A stretch of DNA of 11,039 nt from Thermodesulfovibrionales bacterium (GCA_044450345.1 JBIOIY010000074.1:1-11039), one strand, 5' to 3'; counted from the first letter of the stretch, positions 1-8,129 are shown. Notes: generated by a model from the sequence alone, not told the origin. Numbers and translations are program-made.

Positions 1-414
1 AACCGAATCGGCAACTTTCCTTACCGCCGCAATGTCCGGCAGGTTCAGGACCCCTCCTTCACGCGCGTAGGGCTCAAAGGTCAGACTCAAGTACCCCTCA
101 TTGGCAAACCGGCGAGTAACATCCCTTATATGTTCGTGCATGCCGAAGATTTCAGGAATGACCACAAGAATCGGATATTTTCTTGCACCCGGAGGGTGCG
201 CCTCGTATATCGGAACAGGGAAATCTCCGGAAAGCACCTTGCCCTCAGTCACAATAAGCCCCGCAGTGGGGGTTGTTATCACCTCTCCGGCAATGGAGCT
301 TGAAGCGATTGCGAACCCCGTCAAGCCGATGCCGGCGGAGCTCATTCGGGCCAGAAACTGCCTCCTGGACATTCCATCGTACGCGTTTGCAAGCCAGTCT
401 TCGATCATGTTCAT
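1..414 (-). CDS. Dienelactone hydrolase (carboxymethylenebutenolidase) family protein with twin-arginine signal; 5' part, runs off the window start
   Basis: Manual translation from ATG at 414: MNMIEDWLANAYDGMSRRQFLARMSSAGIGLTGFAIASSSIAGEVITTPTAGL...KYPILVVIPEIFGMHEHIRDVTRRFANEGYLSLTFEPYAREG. The 'vVIpEIFGmheHIrDVtRRfAneGY' block is the DLH family N-terminal signature. SRRQFL is a Tat motif. SD GGGAGG lies at 421-426 (minus strand). The frame is open to position 1. Confidence 0.92.
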   Translation of the reverse strand, partial: MNMIEDWLANAYDGMSRRQFLARMSSAGIGLTGFAIASSSIAGEVITTPTAGLIVTEGKVLSGDFPVPIYEAHPPGARKYPILVVIPEIFGMHEHIRDVTRRFANEGYLSLTFEPYAREGGVLNLPDIAAVRKVADSV

Positions 415-436
415 TTCGTACCTCCCTGATGAGTCC

Positions 437-465
437 ATTATATCAACAGAATTGCGAAGGCTGAA
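437..465 (-). promoter_or_regulatory. Sigma70-type extended -10 promoter for the DLH gene
   Basis: Minus strand reads TG-A-TATAAT (437-445), a perfect extended -10 just upstream of the SD. Only a weak -35 (TTCAGC, 460-465) lies at 17 bp. Confidence 0.6.
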
Positions 466-743
466 CAACACTGCGATTATCAGAACTACAGCTTATATAT
501 TTTTTATAGAGGATTTATAAACTTTATATAATTTATCGCAGTTACGAAGCGACTTGCCGTCTCACAAACCTTATAAATCAATACATTATGGATTTCTTAT
601 TCCGGGCAGGTCTTTTGCATTAATAGGCGGGGGACACTGCTATCACCCCGCAACAGACAAACATTACTGGGGAGAAAAAGCCGCATAATTTTAGTGAAAG
701 ACTCCGAGCGGGAAAAAGGTCAGAAATCTCAAGTAGGGCGCAG

Positions 744-869
744 GTGATTAACTTCAGGGGATACGGCTTTAGGAATGTTCTACTCAAGTCGTTCGCTCCG
801 GATGACCTGTCAACTGCATTAGCAAGACTGAGAGAGGAGCCGTCCATTTGGAGAGTAGGGCGAGAATAG
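744..869 (+). pseudogene. Probable remnant of a receiver-domain C-terminus (hybrid kinase/response regulator type)
   Basis: Translates as VINFRGYGFRNVLLKSFAPDDLSTALARLREEPSIWRVGRE*. This resembles the 'NFREYGF.GVL.KPF...EL..AL' end of receiver domains, with the conserved KP read as KS (TCG, one change from CCG). No N-terminal receiver half is recognisable upstream. Confidence 0.45.
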
Positions 870-1172
870 GATTCATGAAGAGTTCAATACAAGAGCCCTT
901 CTTGTCGGAAAAGATACGTAAGACACAGCATCCGAAATCGTCCTGTCACCTTTACTTACCCCTTTCCGCAGAGACTCTTCGATTTATTTTTTTGTACCGC
1001 GGGTGCCTGAGGTGATGCGATTGTCCTCTCCGAATGGACCGAAAAGGTATATTTCTACTGCCCGAAAACTGGGATGTGGGATGCAGAAAAGAAGAAGAAT
1101 TATAGCTCTCGATGTCTGTTGCCGGTACGCCGTAGATTTACCCGATAAAATCACTGTTTGGAGGTGTTGTCA

Positions 1173-2132
1173 ATGCCCGGAAGTTATGCACATCTGACAA
1201 TGGTAGGGATCGCTCGCACAAGGAACTCGCTTGAGGCGATCGACGGTTTTCCCCGTGAGGGCATAGATGCCGCGGGTTCCTACCTGAAATTTCTTGAACT
1301 TGGCGCGGTAAGCCCCGATTATCCGTATCTTGACATTACATCGGGCGACTCTAAGAAGTGGGCTGATGCGATGCATTATACCCATACAGGCGACACCGTC
1401 TGTGCGGCTGCGGCTATGGTTCGAGAGCTCCCCCCGGGAGACGATAAGCTGAAGTGTCTCGCATGGCTCATGGGCTTTGCAGCGCACGTGGTGGGAGATA
1501 TGTGCATCCATCCCGTCATCCAGTTGAAGGTGGGACCATACGCTCAGCACGCAACGCCTCACAGGCGTTGCGAGATGCATCAGGACGCCTTTATCTTCCC
1601 GCGGCTAGGGCTCGAAATGCCGTAGACCTCCGGACATATCCAGACAACCATAATGAAATGCGGGACCGAGCAAGATCCGCAAAAGATCGACCCGGCCGTC
1701 AAGGGAGTTTGGGAGGGGACCTTGCGCACCGTTCATCCGGATCTGTTCGCCAGCGACCCGCCCGATATAGATACCTGGCACCACAAGTGCTTTGTGGTCC
1801 TTGAGCAGCTTCTCCCCACGTCGAGCAGACTTGTGCCTTTTGCAAGGCAAGTCTGCGACGGTATGGGACTCGTATACCCGGAGACGGATCAGGTTGACAC
1901 GCAGTACATCGAAGGACTTCAGGTCCCGGCCGCAGCGGGGATCGATAAAAGAATGAACTATGACGAGATCTTCGATTATACGATTGGAAAGATACGCGAA
2001 GCGTGGCGGGATGTCGTACGTGATGCCATGGGCATGGAGGATCTTCGATTTTTCCGCGGGGGTGAATGGGATCTCGACACGGGAAGGGATGCAACTGCCG
2101 GCGATAATCTCGTATTCTGGGAGGTGGCGTGA
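1173..2132 (+). pseudogene. Zinc-dependent phospholipase C / P1-nuclease-fold family protein (Zn_dep_PLC), 319 codons, interrupted by an in-frame TAG at 1623-1625
   Basis: SD GGAGGT at 1160-1165 and ATG at 1173. Family motifs: MPGSYAH, LGAVSPDYPY, ADAMHY, GFAAHVVGDMCIHP, HRRCEMHQD. ORFs 1158-1625 and 1653-2132 are in the same frame and joined by CCG TAG ACC TCC GGA CAT ATC CAG ACA ACC ATA ATG with no other stop. No signal peptide. Confidence 0.8.
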
Positions 2133-2533
2133 TGAAGGCCCTTAATATCATTATGCCGCTATGCGCAATCCTAATTGTCGGATGTGTAACGACTCCCAAA
2201 GACCCTCATCTGCAGGCCATCGAAGCGCTCGGCAATCCCGTATACTCACTTTCAGCTGCCGTAGACGTCGTCGCAGATAGACTTCCCGCAGACACTGGCG
2301 ATAGCGCGATCCTATCTGCCGCTACCGCCAAGGACCCCTCTCTCTTGGCTCCCTTTGCCGGGTATACGGTCAAAGCAAGGATAGAGGGCAAGGCAGGGGT
2401 GATACTGATATGTGATAAAGACGGCAAGCACGCATACATCGAGGACGTATCCTGCACGCCGCAGGTGGACACCTGGCGACCTACAGGCTCTCCCTGTGTG
2501 TTCTTCCTCGATGTGAAGAAGGTCTGCCGATAG
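2132..2533 (+). CDS. Hypothetical lipoprotein (133 aa)
   Basis: MKALNIIMPLCAILIVG-C has a basic N-terminus, hydrophobic core and lipobox IVGC. SD GGAGGT at about 2120-2125. The ATG overlaps the upstream TGA (TGATG). Confidence 0.8.
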   Translation: MKALNIIMPLCAILIVGCVTTPKDPHLQAIEALGNPVYSLSAAVDVVADRLPADTGDSAILSAATAKDPSLLAPFAGYTVKARIEGKAGVILICDKDGKHAYIEDVSCTPQVDTWRPTGSPCVFFLDVKKVCR

Positions 2534-2549
2534 GAGGTGATTAGTCATA

Positions 2550-2756
2550 ATGTTCTTCAAACAATTAGGCAAAGAAGATTGTGCCACAGAAGCCGCCAAT
2601 AATGACAGTAATTGGAATTTCTTTTTGTCCGAAGTCGGTATCTTTCTCCAACCATGTATAAATTGCATTTTCCAACTGGCGGATCCGGTTGCAAAGGCGG
2701 CTCGGGAAATCGTCGCTTGGCTCTCAATATGCGACTGCTCAACATGGGACACATGA
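2550..2756 (+). CDS. Small Cys-rich hypothetical protein (68 aa)
   Basis: Very strong SD TAGGAGGTGAT (2531-2541). Its TGA overlaps the ATG of the receiver gene (ATGA at 2753-2756). Contains CINC and CDC. No recognised family. Confidence 0.4.
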   Translation: MFFKQLGKEDCATEAANNDSNWNFFLSEVGIFLQPCINCIFQLADPVAKAAREIVAWLSICDCSTWDT

Positions 2757-3115
2757 AAAAAATCATGGTTGTTGATGATAACGACGAATTTCGCACGATC
2801 GTCAAGGACATTCTTGGAGGGGAGGAATTTGCAATTACCGATTTCTCTGATGGCATGGATGCTATCACCGAATTCAGCATTAGTCGGCCGGATGTTGTAA
2901 TTTTGGATCATCACATGCCTAATGTCACTGGGATTGACTTGCTGAGAGCACTGAGAAGAATCGATTCAAGAGTGCCCGTAATAATGCTAACGGCCTCAAC
3001 CGAAACGGACTTATCCAGAGAGGCTTTGCAGTACGGTGCTGCAGATTTCATATCAAAGCCTCCTGACTTCAAGGAATTGATTTTTACGGTAAAAAGGCTT
3101 TCGGACAACAAATAG
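2753..3115 (+). CDS. Single-domain response regulator (CheY-like receiver, 120 aa)
   Basis: MKKIMVVDD acidic pocket, RPDVVILD52HHMP phosphoacceptor, VPVIMLT, GAADFISKP. The receiver fold begins at ATG 2753, not at the 2612 start given in the track. Confidence 0.93.
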   Translation: MKKIMVVDDNDEFRTIVKDILGGEEFAITDFSDGMDAITEFSISRPDVVILDHHMPNVTGIDLLRALRRIDSRVPVIMLTASTETDLSREALQYGAADFISKPPDFKELIFTVKRLSDNK

Positions 3116-3199
3116 AAGGTTCATTGGAAAATATGAAGGAAACCTCAAAGACTTCAACAGTCAATACAGAGCGACGACTTTGATAACGAAGGAGAACAA

Positions 3200-3988
3200 A
3201 TGAAGGCAAAAAAGATCTTCCTGTTAATCGTGATCGCAACTTACATCTTCTCCGGCTCCGCCTTTGCCGAACCCAAGGGGAAAGAGAAGAGTTACGCAGT
3301 TCCAGGAGAGTTTGACTATTATGTCTTTTCGTTGAGTTGGCAGCCGACTTTTTGCGAAACGAAGCCCGACAAGAAGGAGTGCGCTACGCAGACTGCAGAA
3401 CGATACGATTCAAAAAACCTTGTCCTTCATGGCCTCTGGCCAAATAAGAACGACGATAAGCATCATAATTACGGGTACTGCGGGGTAAAAAGCGGAGTTA
3501 GAAAGCTCGATAAAGCGAGCACTTGGTGCCGGATGCCGGCTCCGACGCTGTCCGATGACACAAAGAAAAACCTCGCCGTATACATGCCTGGATATGCCTC
3601 TTGCCTCGAACGCCACGAGTGGTACAAGCACGGCGCCTGCTCGGGTCTGAAGGCGGAGGACTACTTTGTAACAGCTTATACCCTCGTGACAAAAATTGCC
3701 GATACCAACTTCGGCAGATACATCTCCGCCAACGTGGGCAATACAGTAGATTCAGACGATTTGCTCTCAGAGTTAGTGAAGGACTTCGGCGAAGACAGCC
3801 GCGATTTTATCACTATCTATTGTGAGAGCATTAAAGGCTCAGGCATGCTGAGTGAAGTAAGAATGTATTTAATAAACCCTTTACCCTCGGATGGGGGGCT
3901 CAAGGAAATGTTTGTCCGTCCGGAAAGCCCAGAGCAGGGGAACTGTCCGCAAAAGATCCTTATCGATAGGGTTCACGGAACAAACTGA
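3200..3988 (+). CDS. Secreted ribonuclease T2 family (RNase I-like)
   Basis: Sec signal MKAKKIFLLIVIATYIFSGSAFA. FDYYVFSLSWQPTFC. CAS I LVLHGLWP (His77). CAS II LERHEWYKHGACSG. Multiple Cys. SD AAGGAG. Confidence 0.95.
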   Translation: MKAKKIFLLIVIATYIFSGSAFAEPKGKEKSYAVPGEFDYYVFSLSWQPTFCETKPDKKECATQTAERYDSKNLVLHGLWPNKNDDKHHNYGYCGVKSGVRKLDKASTWCRMPAPTLSDDTKKNLAVYMPGYASCLERHEWYKHGACSGLKAEDYFVTAYTLVTKIADTNFGRYISANVGNTVDSDDLLSELVKDFGEDSRDFITIYCESIKGSGMLSEVRMYLINPLPSDGGLKEMFVRPESPEQGNCPQKILIDRVHGTN

Positions 3989-4189
3989 GTGCCATGAACT
4001 TAATTCTCAAACAAAGCACAGAACTCCTTCGCCGCTATTTTTATCAAGACAGGTCTGTTCTCAAAGTAATTCGTATGAAGGAGGGACAATGCATTCAGGA
4101 CAAGATTTTGTAGGGAAGGAGGGAAACCCGCAGCCATAAAAAATCAGAAGGCAAAAAAACGCTTTGATACAAACCATGAAGGAGGACAC

Positions 4190-5515
4190 ATGAAAACGTG
4201 CGACCGTGAGTCGGGCTTTAGAATCGTCCTATATACGGCGATTGTATTTGTCTTTTTTTCTGTCTCGGGCCACCTTGGAAGCATTGGGTATCACAATTCC
4301 CTTGCCTTTGCTAACGGTTCCTCTGAATCCACCGCGATCAAGTCTTCGGCTCCATCGCCTCTTTTGGAGAAGGGTCATTCTGTGGATTGGTGGTTCGTCT
4401 TTAAGCACAACGCGGCAGCATTTCCCGGCTGCGGAGAGGGCGCTCAAAGGGATTGTCTCTTCGGCGGCAAGGTGAATCAAAAGTATGGCAACAAGTACAG
4501 TCAGCAGTTTGTCTATGCCAGCAGCGAGACTCCGTCGCTGCAAAAGGGAACGGGGTGCATAGGCGACACTCTAAAGGATCCTGTAGGGGCCACATTTGAT
4601 CAGGTGTACAACGGCTCTTATTTCTACGTTATCTGGAACGATCAGTTTTACGACGATCCTCCCATCAAAGGATGCTCGAAGAGCTGCAGCTCTCCCTGGG
4701 GGCATTCCAAAGGCATGCTCGCCTGGAATGCGGAAGGCGAGGGGTTCGTAATGCAAGTCTCCACGCCATCCTGGCCTGCCTCAGGAAGCAGCTCTTCTCC
4801 ACGCAATAGTGACGGAAACACCTTGGGCTGCATAGACGACAACAACGTTAAAGTCAGCCAGCACTTTTTTGCACTGAAACTGAATAAAGACGATCTGACA
4901 AAGGTCCTGCAGGCCCTTCAAAACGCCAGCGTGGTGACAGACCCGACCAACCGCCAGGTAGTCCGAAACGGAGGGCCCTCAGACGTCCAGGGGCTTGTCA
5001 AGAAACTCGGAAAGAAATCCAATGCCACAACTCATGTGACATATACGCTTTCATCCGGCGTGGAAATGATTTCCAAGCCGTCAGGCCTGCATGTACCGCC
5101 GTGGCAACTGGTTTCGGCGGAGCTAAAAGGTCTTCCCCTCAGAACAGCTACCTGGTGGACTACCCCAAAGATTGACACGACGACGGGGTCCACGACGATC
5201 ACCTGCTGGAACGGAGACCTGGGCAAACCTGGCCCGGTCGAGATCGCCACATCGGGAGAATGGGACGGGAAGACATTCAGCTTTACTGGAGGGCCGCAGC
5301 CAGACGGTAATCATGCAAAATTCGGCGTGTCCACCGATTCGAGTCAACCTTTTGTAATTCTCGGGGATTTGAATCAGCAGGGCGCCTTGTCTGGCGATAA
5401 GTGTTCCAGCAGTCAAAACGGCAGGGGTGGCACGTTTTATATCATCAACAATAAGGCATTCTTCGAAGGGTTGACAAATCTCATCAAGGGCGAGACAGCA
5501 AGCGCACCGCAATAA
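4190..5515 (+). CDS. Secreted deoxyribonuclease II family nuclease (PLD superfamily)
   Basis: N-terminal hydrophobic segment/signal. VDWWFVFK (DNase II N-terminal motif), YVIWNDQ, first HxK WGHSKG (His172), STPSWP, SQHFF, second HxK NHAKFG (His375), ILGDLNQ and SQNGRGG. Many Cys. SD AAGGAGG. Confidence 0.88.
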   Translation: MKTCDRESGFRIVLYTAIVFVFFSVSGHLGSIGYHNSLAFANGSSESTAIKSSAPSPLLEKGHSVDWWFVFKHNAAAFPGCGEGAQRDCLFGGKVNQKYGNKYSQQFVYASSETPSLQKGTGCIGDTLKDPVGATFDQVYNGSYFYVIWNDQFYDDPPIKGCSKSCSSPWGHSKGMLAWNAEGEGFVMQVSTPSWPASGSSSSPRNSDGNTLGCIDDNNVKVSQHFFALKLNKDDLTKVLQALQNASVVTDPTNRQVVRNGGPSDVQGLVKKLGKKSNATTHVTYTLSSGVEMISKPSGLHVPPWQLVSAELKGLPLRTATWWTTPKIDTTTGSTTITCWNGDLGKPGPVEIATSGEWDGKTFSFTGGPQPDGNHAKFGVSTDSSQPFVILGDLNQQGALSGDKCSSSQNGRGGTFYIINNKAFFEGLTNLIKGETASAPQ

Positions 5516-5547
5516 TAGAGACCGGGGATAGGATGCGCTTTAGGGAT

Positions 5548-5580
5548 GCGGGCGGAAGTCGCCAGCGCCTTCTGCCCCGC
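5548..5580 (+). other. GC-rich imperfect stem-loop downstream of the DNase II gene (possible terminator or mRNA-stabilising hairpin)
   Basis: GCGGGCGGAAGTCGC-CA-GCGCCTTCTGCCCCGC: the arms pair with one G-U, one mismatch and one bulge. No U-tract follows. Confidence 0.5.
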
Positions 5581-5677
5581 GAGAATGAAGGGACCATGAG
5601 TGATTTGAACTTGACAGCCTGCGGCCTACGGGGAATCGTCGACAGGCATAATTATTATCCCGGGAAAGGAGACGAAT

Positions 5678-6760
5678 GTGTTTAATTCAACGATTCTGGA
5701 GGTGGCAATCGGTGTCGTCTTTGTTTACTGGCTGTTGAGCCTCCTGTGCTCAGCGCTAAAGGAGTTCGTCGCGTCGGTTCTGGCTATGCGCGCCGATACG
5801 CTTGAGGAGGGAATTCGAACTCTCCTGAACGATCCTGATGCGAAGGGCTTGGCTAAAGAACTGTATGACCATCCTTTGATCAAGGGGTCGATGCCCGCCA
5901 AAGTCGCTCCAACTTTGCTGCACCGTTTCCTGTACTTTATATTCTCCAAGTTGTTCGGTGAGGGGGCGCCACCTCAGGACAGCAAACCTTCCTACATCTC
6001 CCCTCAAACATTTTCGATTGCCATGCTGGACATCGTCGTGCCTGCGAAAGGGAGAGAATATATCGGTTTCGATAAGTTGTGTGCTGCATTGGCCGACCCC
6101 GAGGCAAAGATAACCGTCGGGAAAGAAAATGTCACACTCGATGAGAAGATACGGAAAGCGTTAGTAGCGCTTGTGGACAGCGCTCAAGGTGATCTGGTAA
6201 AGGCCCGGGAGAACATCGAGAAATGGTTCGACGACTCCATGGACCGCGTCTCGGGCTGGTATAAGCGGAAGGCGCAAATTATCATTTTGTTCTGGGCTAT
6301 CATCCTGATTTTGTTGACCAATGCCGACACCTTGATGATCGCGAATGCTCTCACGCGAGACAGTACGCTGCGCGCTTCCGTCGTGGCCGTGGCACAGAAA
6401 AAAGCCCAACCAAGCTCAACGGGTTCTGCTCAGGAGAAATCCAACGAACAACAAACTGCGGTCGCCCCCGCAAGCGACGCACCCAAGCCAATGACGCCAC
6501 CTGGAATAAAGGAAGAGTTTACGAAGGTCGAGGATCTCCAGATGGAACTACAGTCGCTGAAATTCCTGGGCTGGTCACGAGCGGAGGGCAACCCGAATTC
6601 TTATCCGAGGAATTTTTCCGCCTGGCTGTCGAAACTCGCAGGACTATTTCTTACTGTCATTGCCGTGTCACTTGGAGCCTCCTTCTGGTTTGACGCTCTC
6701 AAAGGATTGATCAATCTCAGATCCGCCGGCGAAAAACCTAAGAAAACGGGAAAAACGTGA
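5678..6760 (+). CDS. Uncharacterised multi-pass membrane protein (360 aa)
   Basis: SD AAGGAG and GTG start. About three hydrophobic segments (ILEVAIGVVFVYWLLSLL; IIILFWAIILILLT; LAGLFLTVIAVSLGASFWF). Conserved-looking blocks LYDHPLI, PSYIS, WFDDSMDRVSGWYKR, NADT and GASFWFDAL recall a widespread hypothetical family. Confidence 0.85.
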   Translation: MFNSTILEVAIGVVFVYWLLSLLCSALKEFVASVLAMRADTLEEGIRTLLNDPDAKGLAKELYDHPLIKGSMPAKVAPTLLHRFLYFIFSKLFGEGAPPQDSKPSYISPQTFSIAMLDIVVPAKGREYIGFDKLCAALADPEAKITVGKENVTLDEKIRKALVALVDSAQGDLVKARENIEKWFDDSMDRVSGWYKRKAQIIILFWAIILILLTNADTLMIANALTRDSTLRASVVAVAQKKAQPSSTGSAQEKSNEQQTAVAPASDAPKPMTPPGIKEEFTKVEDLQMELQSLKFLGWSRAEGNPNSYPRNFSAWLSKLAGLFLTVIAVSLGASFWFDALKGLINLRSAGEKPKKTGKT

Positions 6761-6791
6761 GTTGCATTACGAGGTTTGACAGATATTATTC

Positions 6792-6820
6792 TTGATGTAA
6801 GAAAACCAGGTGGTTAGAAT
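6792..6820 (+). promoter_or_regulatory. Candidate sigma70 promoter for the patatin gene
   Basis: TTGATG (6792-6797), 17 bp, TAGAAT (6815-6820). A TTGACA also lies at 6776-6781. Confidence 0.5.
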
Positions 6821-6849
6821 CACTGACTACCCATCAAAAGGGGGAAAAG

Positions 6850-8019
6850 ATGGCGAACGAACCAGTTTCAGGCATTTTTAGCGCACGACTTCATGAGCCG
6901 ATCGAGTATGTCGGCCTTGAGTCCGAAGAGCGCGCTCCCGAAAAGGGCATCGCACTGTGTCTGTCGGGCGGGGGCTTCCGGGCTATGCTTTTTCACACTG
7001 GGTCATTATGGCGGTTATTCGATACACGTCTGCTCGGTCAGTTGAATCGGATTTCGAGTGTGTCGGGCGGCTCAATCACCGCTGGTGTGCTCGGACTGGC
7101 TTGGAACAAGCTTCAACTTAGCGCGCCTCCCGACCGGGCGAGTTTCGAGAAGTATGTCGTCTCTCCTGTTCGCGCTTTGGCCGGCGAAACAATCGACGCC
7201 TCGGCTATCGTAGGCGGGCTGCTGCTACCGGGCACGATCAGTGAGAAGGTCCAGGTGGCCTACCGCAAGCACCTCTTCGGGGATGCCACGCTGCAAGATC
7301 TGCCGGATGAGCCGCGTTTTGTGATCAACGCAACTAACGTCCAGTCAGGTGCCCTTTGGCGCTTCTCTAAGCCTTACATGCGCGACTACCGCGTCGGTGA
7401 ATTTGCCAAGCCGACTGTCCTTCTGGCAGCAGCTGTGACCGCCTCGTCGGCATTCCCGCCGGTCCTCTCGCCTTTTGTGATGGAAGTCAATCCCCTCGGC
7501 TTCACGCCCAAAAGCGGTTCGGACCTGCAGCGTGAACCATACACCAGCCGGGTGGTGCTTACGGACGGGGGGGTTTACGACAACCTGGGGCTGGAGACTG
7601 CATGGAAACGCTACGATACGATCCTGGTGAGTGACGCCGGCGGCAAGATGAAACCCCAGGAGGAGCCGAAGGAGGATTGGGCGCGGCATGCATTCCGAGT
7701 TCTCGACCTTATCGACAATCAGGTCCGAAGCTTGCGTAAGCGCCAACTTATAGAGGCGTATCGAAACGGCGTGCGCAAGGGGGCCTATTGGGGTATCCGG
7801 ACAGATATCACCAACTACGATCTTACAGATGCGCTAGTCTGCCCGATTGAGCACACGTTGGAGCTGGCCGAAACACCGACGCGCCTTAAGCGCATGCCTG
7901 ATGAACTCCAGGAGCGGCTCATTAACTGGGGGTACGCGGTCTGCGACGCAGCTTTGCGGAAGCATGTCGATGCCGGGTTGAACAAACCGGCCTTTCCCTA
8001 TCTATCGGCGGGAGTGTGA
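6850..8019 (+). CDS. Patatin-like phospholipase family protein
   Basis: Oxyanion motif LCLSGGGFRA, nucleophile elbow SSVSGGS, ASSAFP, catalytic Asp motif LTDGGVYDNLG. No signal peptide. Confidence 0.93.
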   Translation: MANEPVSGIFSARLHEPIEYVGLESEERAPEKGIALCLSGGGFRAMLFHTGSLWRLFDTRLLGQLNRISSVSGGSITAGVLGLAWNKLQLSAPPDRASFEKYVVSPVRALAGETIDASAIVGGLLLPGTISEKVQVAYRKHLFGDATLQDLPDEPRFVINATNVQSGALWRFSKPYMRDYRVGEFAKPTVLLAAAVTASSAFPPVLSPFVMEVNPLGFTPKSGSDLQREPYTSRVVLTDGGVYDNLGLETAWKRYDTILVSDAGGKMKPQEEPKEDWARHAFRVLDLIDNQVRSLRKRQLIEAYRNGVRKGAYWGIRTDITNYDLTDALVCPIEHTLELAETPTRLKRMPDELQERLINWGYAVCDAALRKHVDAGLNKPAFPYLSAGV

Positions 8020-8129
8020 ACTCTGCACCAGGGATAACGATATGCGCAGATTTCAGGAGGAGTAAACGAGGTCGGACCGTTTGATCGGGTATGACCGCAC
8101 GTTACCTTTAGTCAGTAAGGGAGGCTACT

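Noticed and set aside
101..520. 139-aa plus-strand ORF (and 273-464)
   Set aside because: Antisense shadow of the minus-strand dienelactone hydrolase gene, which has the SD, promoter and family motifs.
943..960. Pho box upstream of the PLC gene (CTGTCAC)
   Set aside because: Only one half-site; no second repeat at 11-bp spacing.
620..1197. ORFs 620-847 (-) and 1003-1197 (+)
   Set aside because: No convincing SD or recognisable motifs; 1003-1197 overlaps the PLC start out of frame.
1653..2132. Independent 159-aa gene
   Set aside because: No SD before ATG 1653, and it is in frame with the upstream PLC half across one TAG.
2612..2752. 47-aa N-terminal extension of the response regulator
   Set aside because: The receiver fold starts at MKKIMVVDD (2753). 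The extension starts at TTG with no SD and looks non-coding in that frame.
1623..3115. Genome-wide TAG reassignment (alternative genetic code)
   Set aside because: The lipoprotein and receiver genes end at TAG at natural domain ends, and the long genes contain no internal TAG.
5678..8019. CBASS or other known defence system (patatin/CapV plus TM effector)
   Set aside because: No CD-NTase, TIR, STAND NTPase or other sensor is in the window; patatin alone is insufficient.
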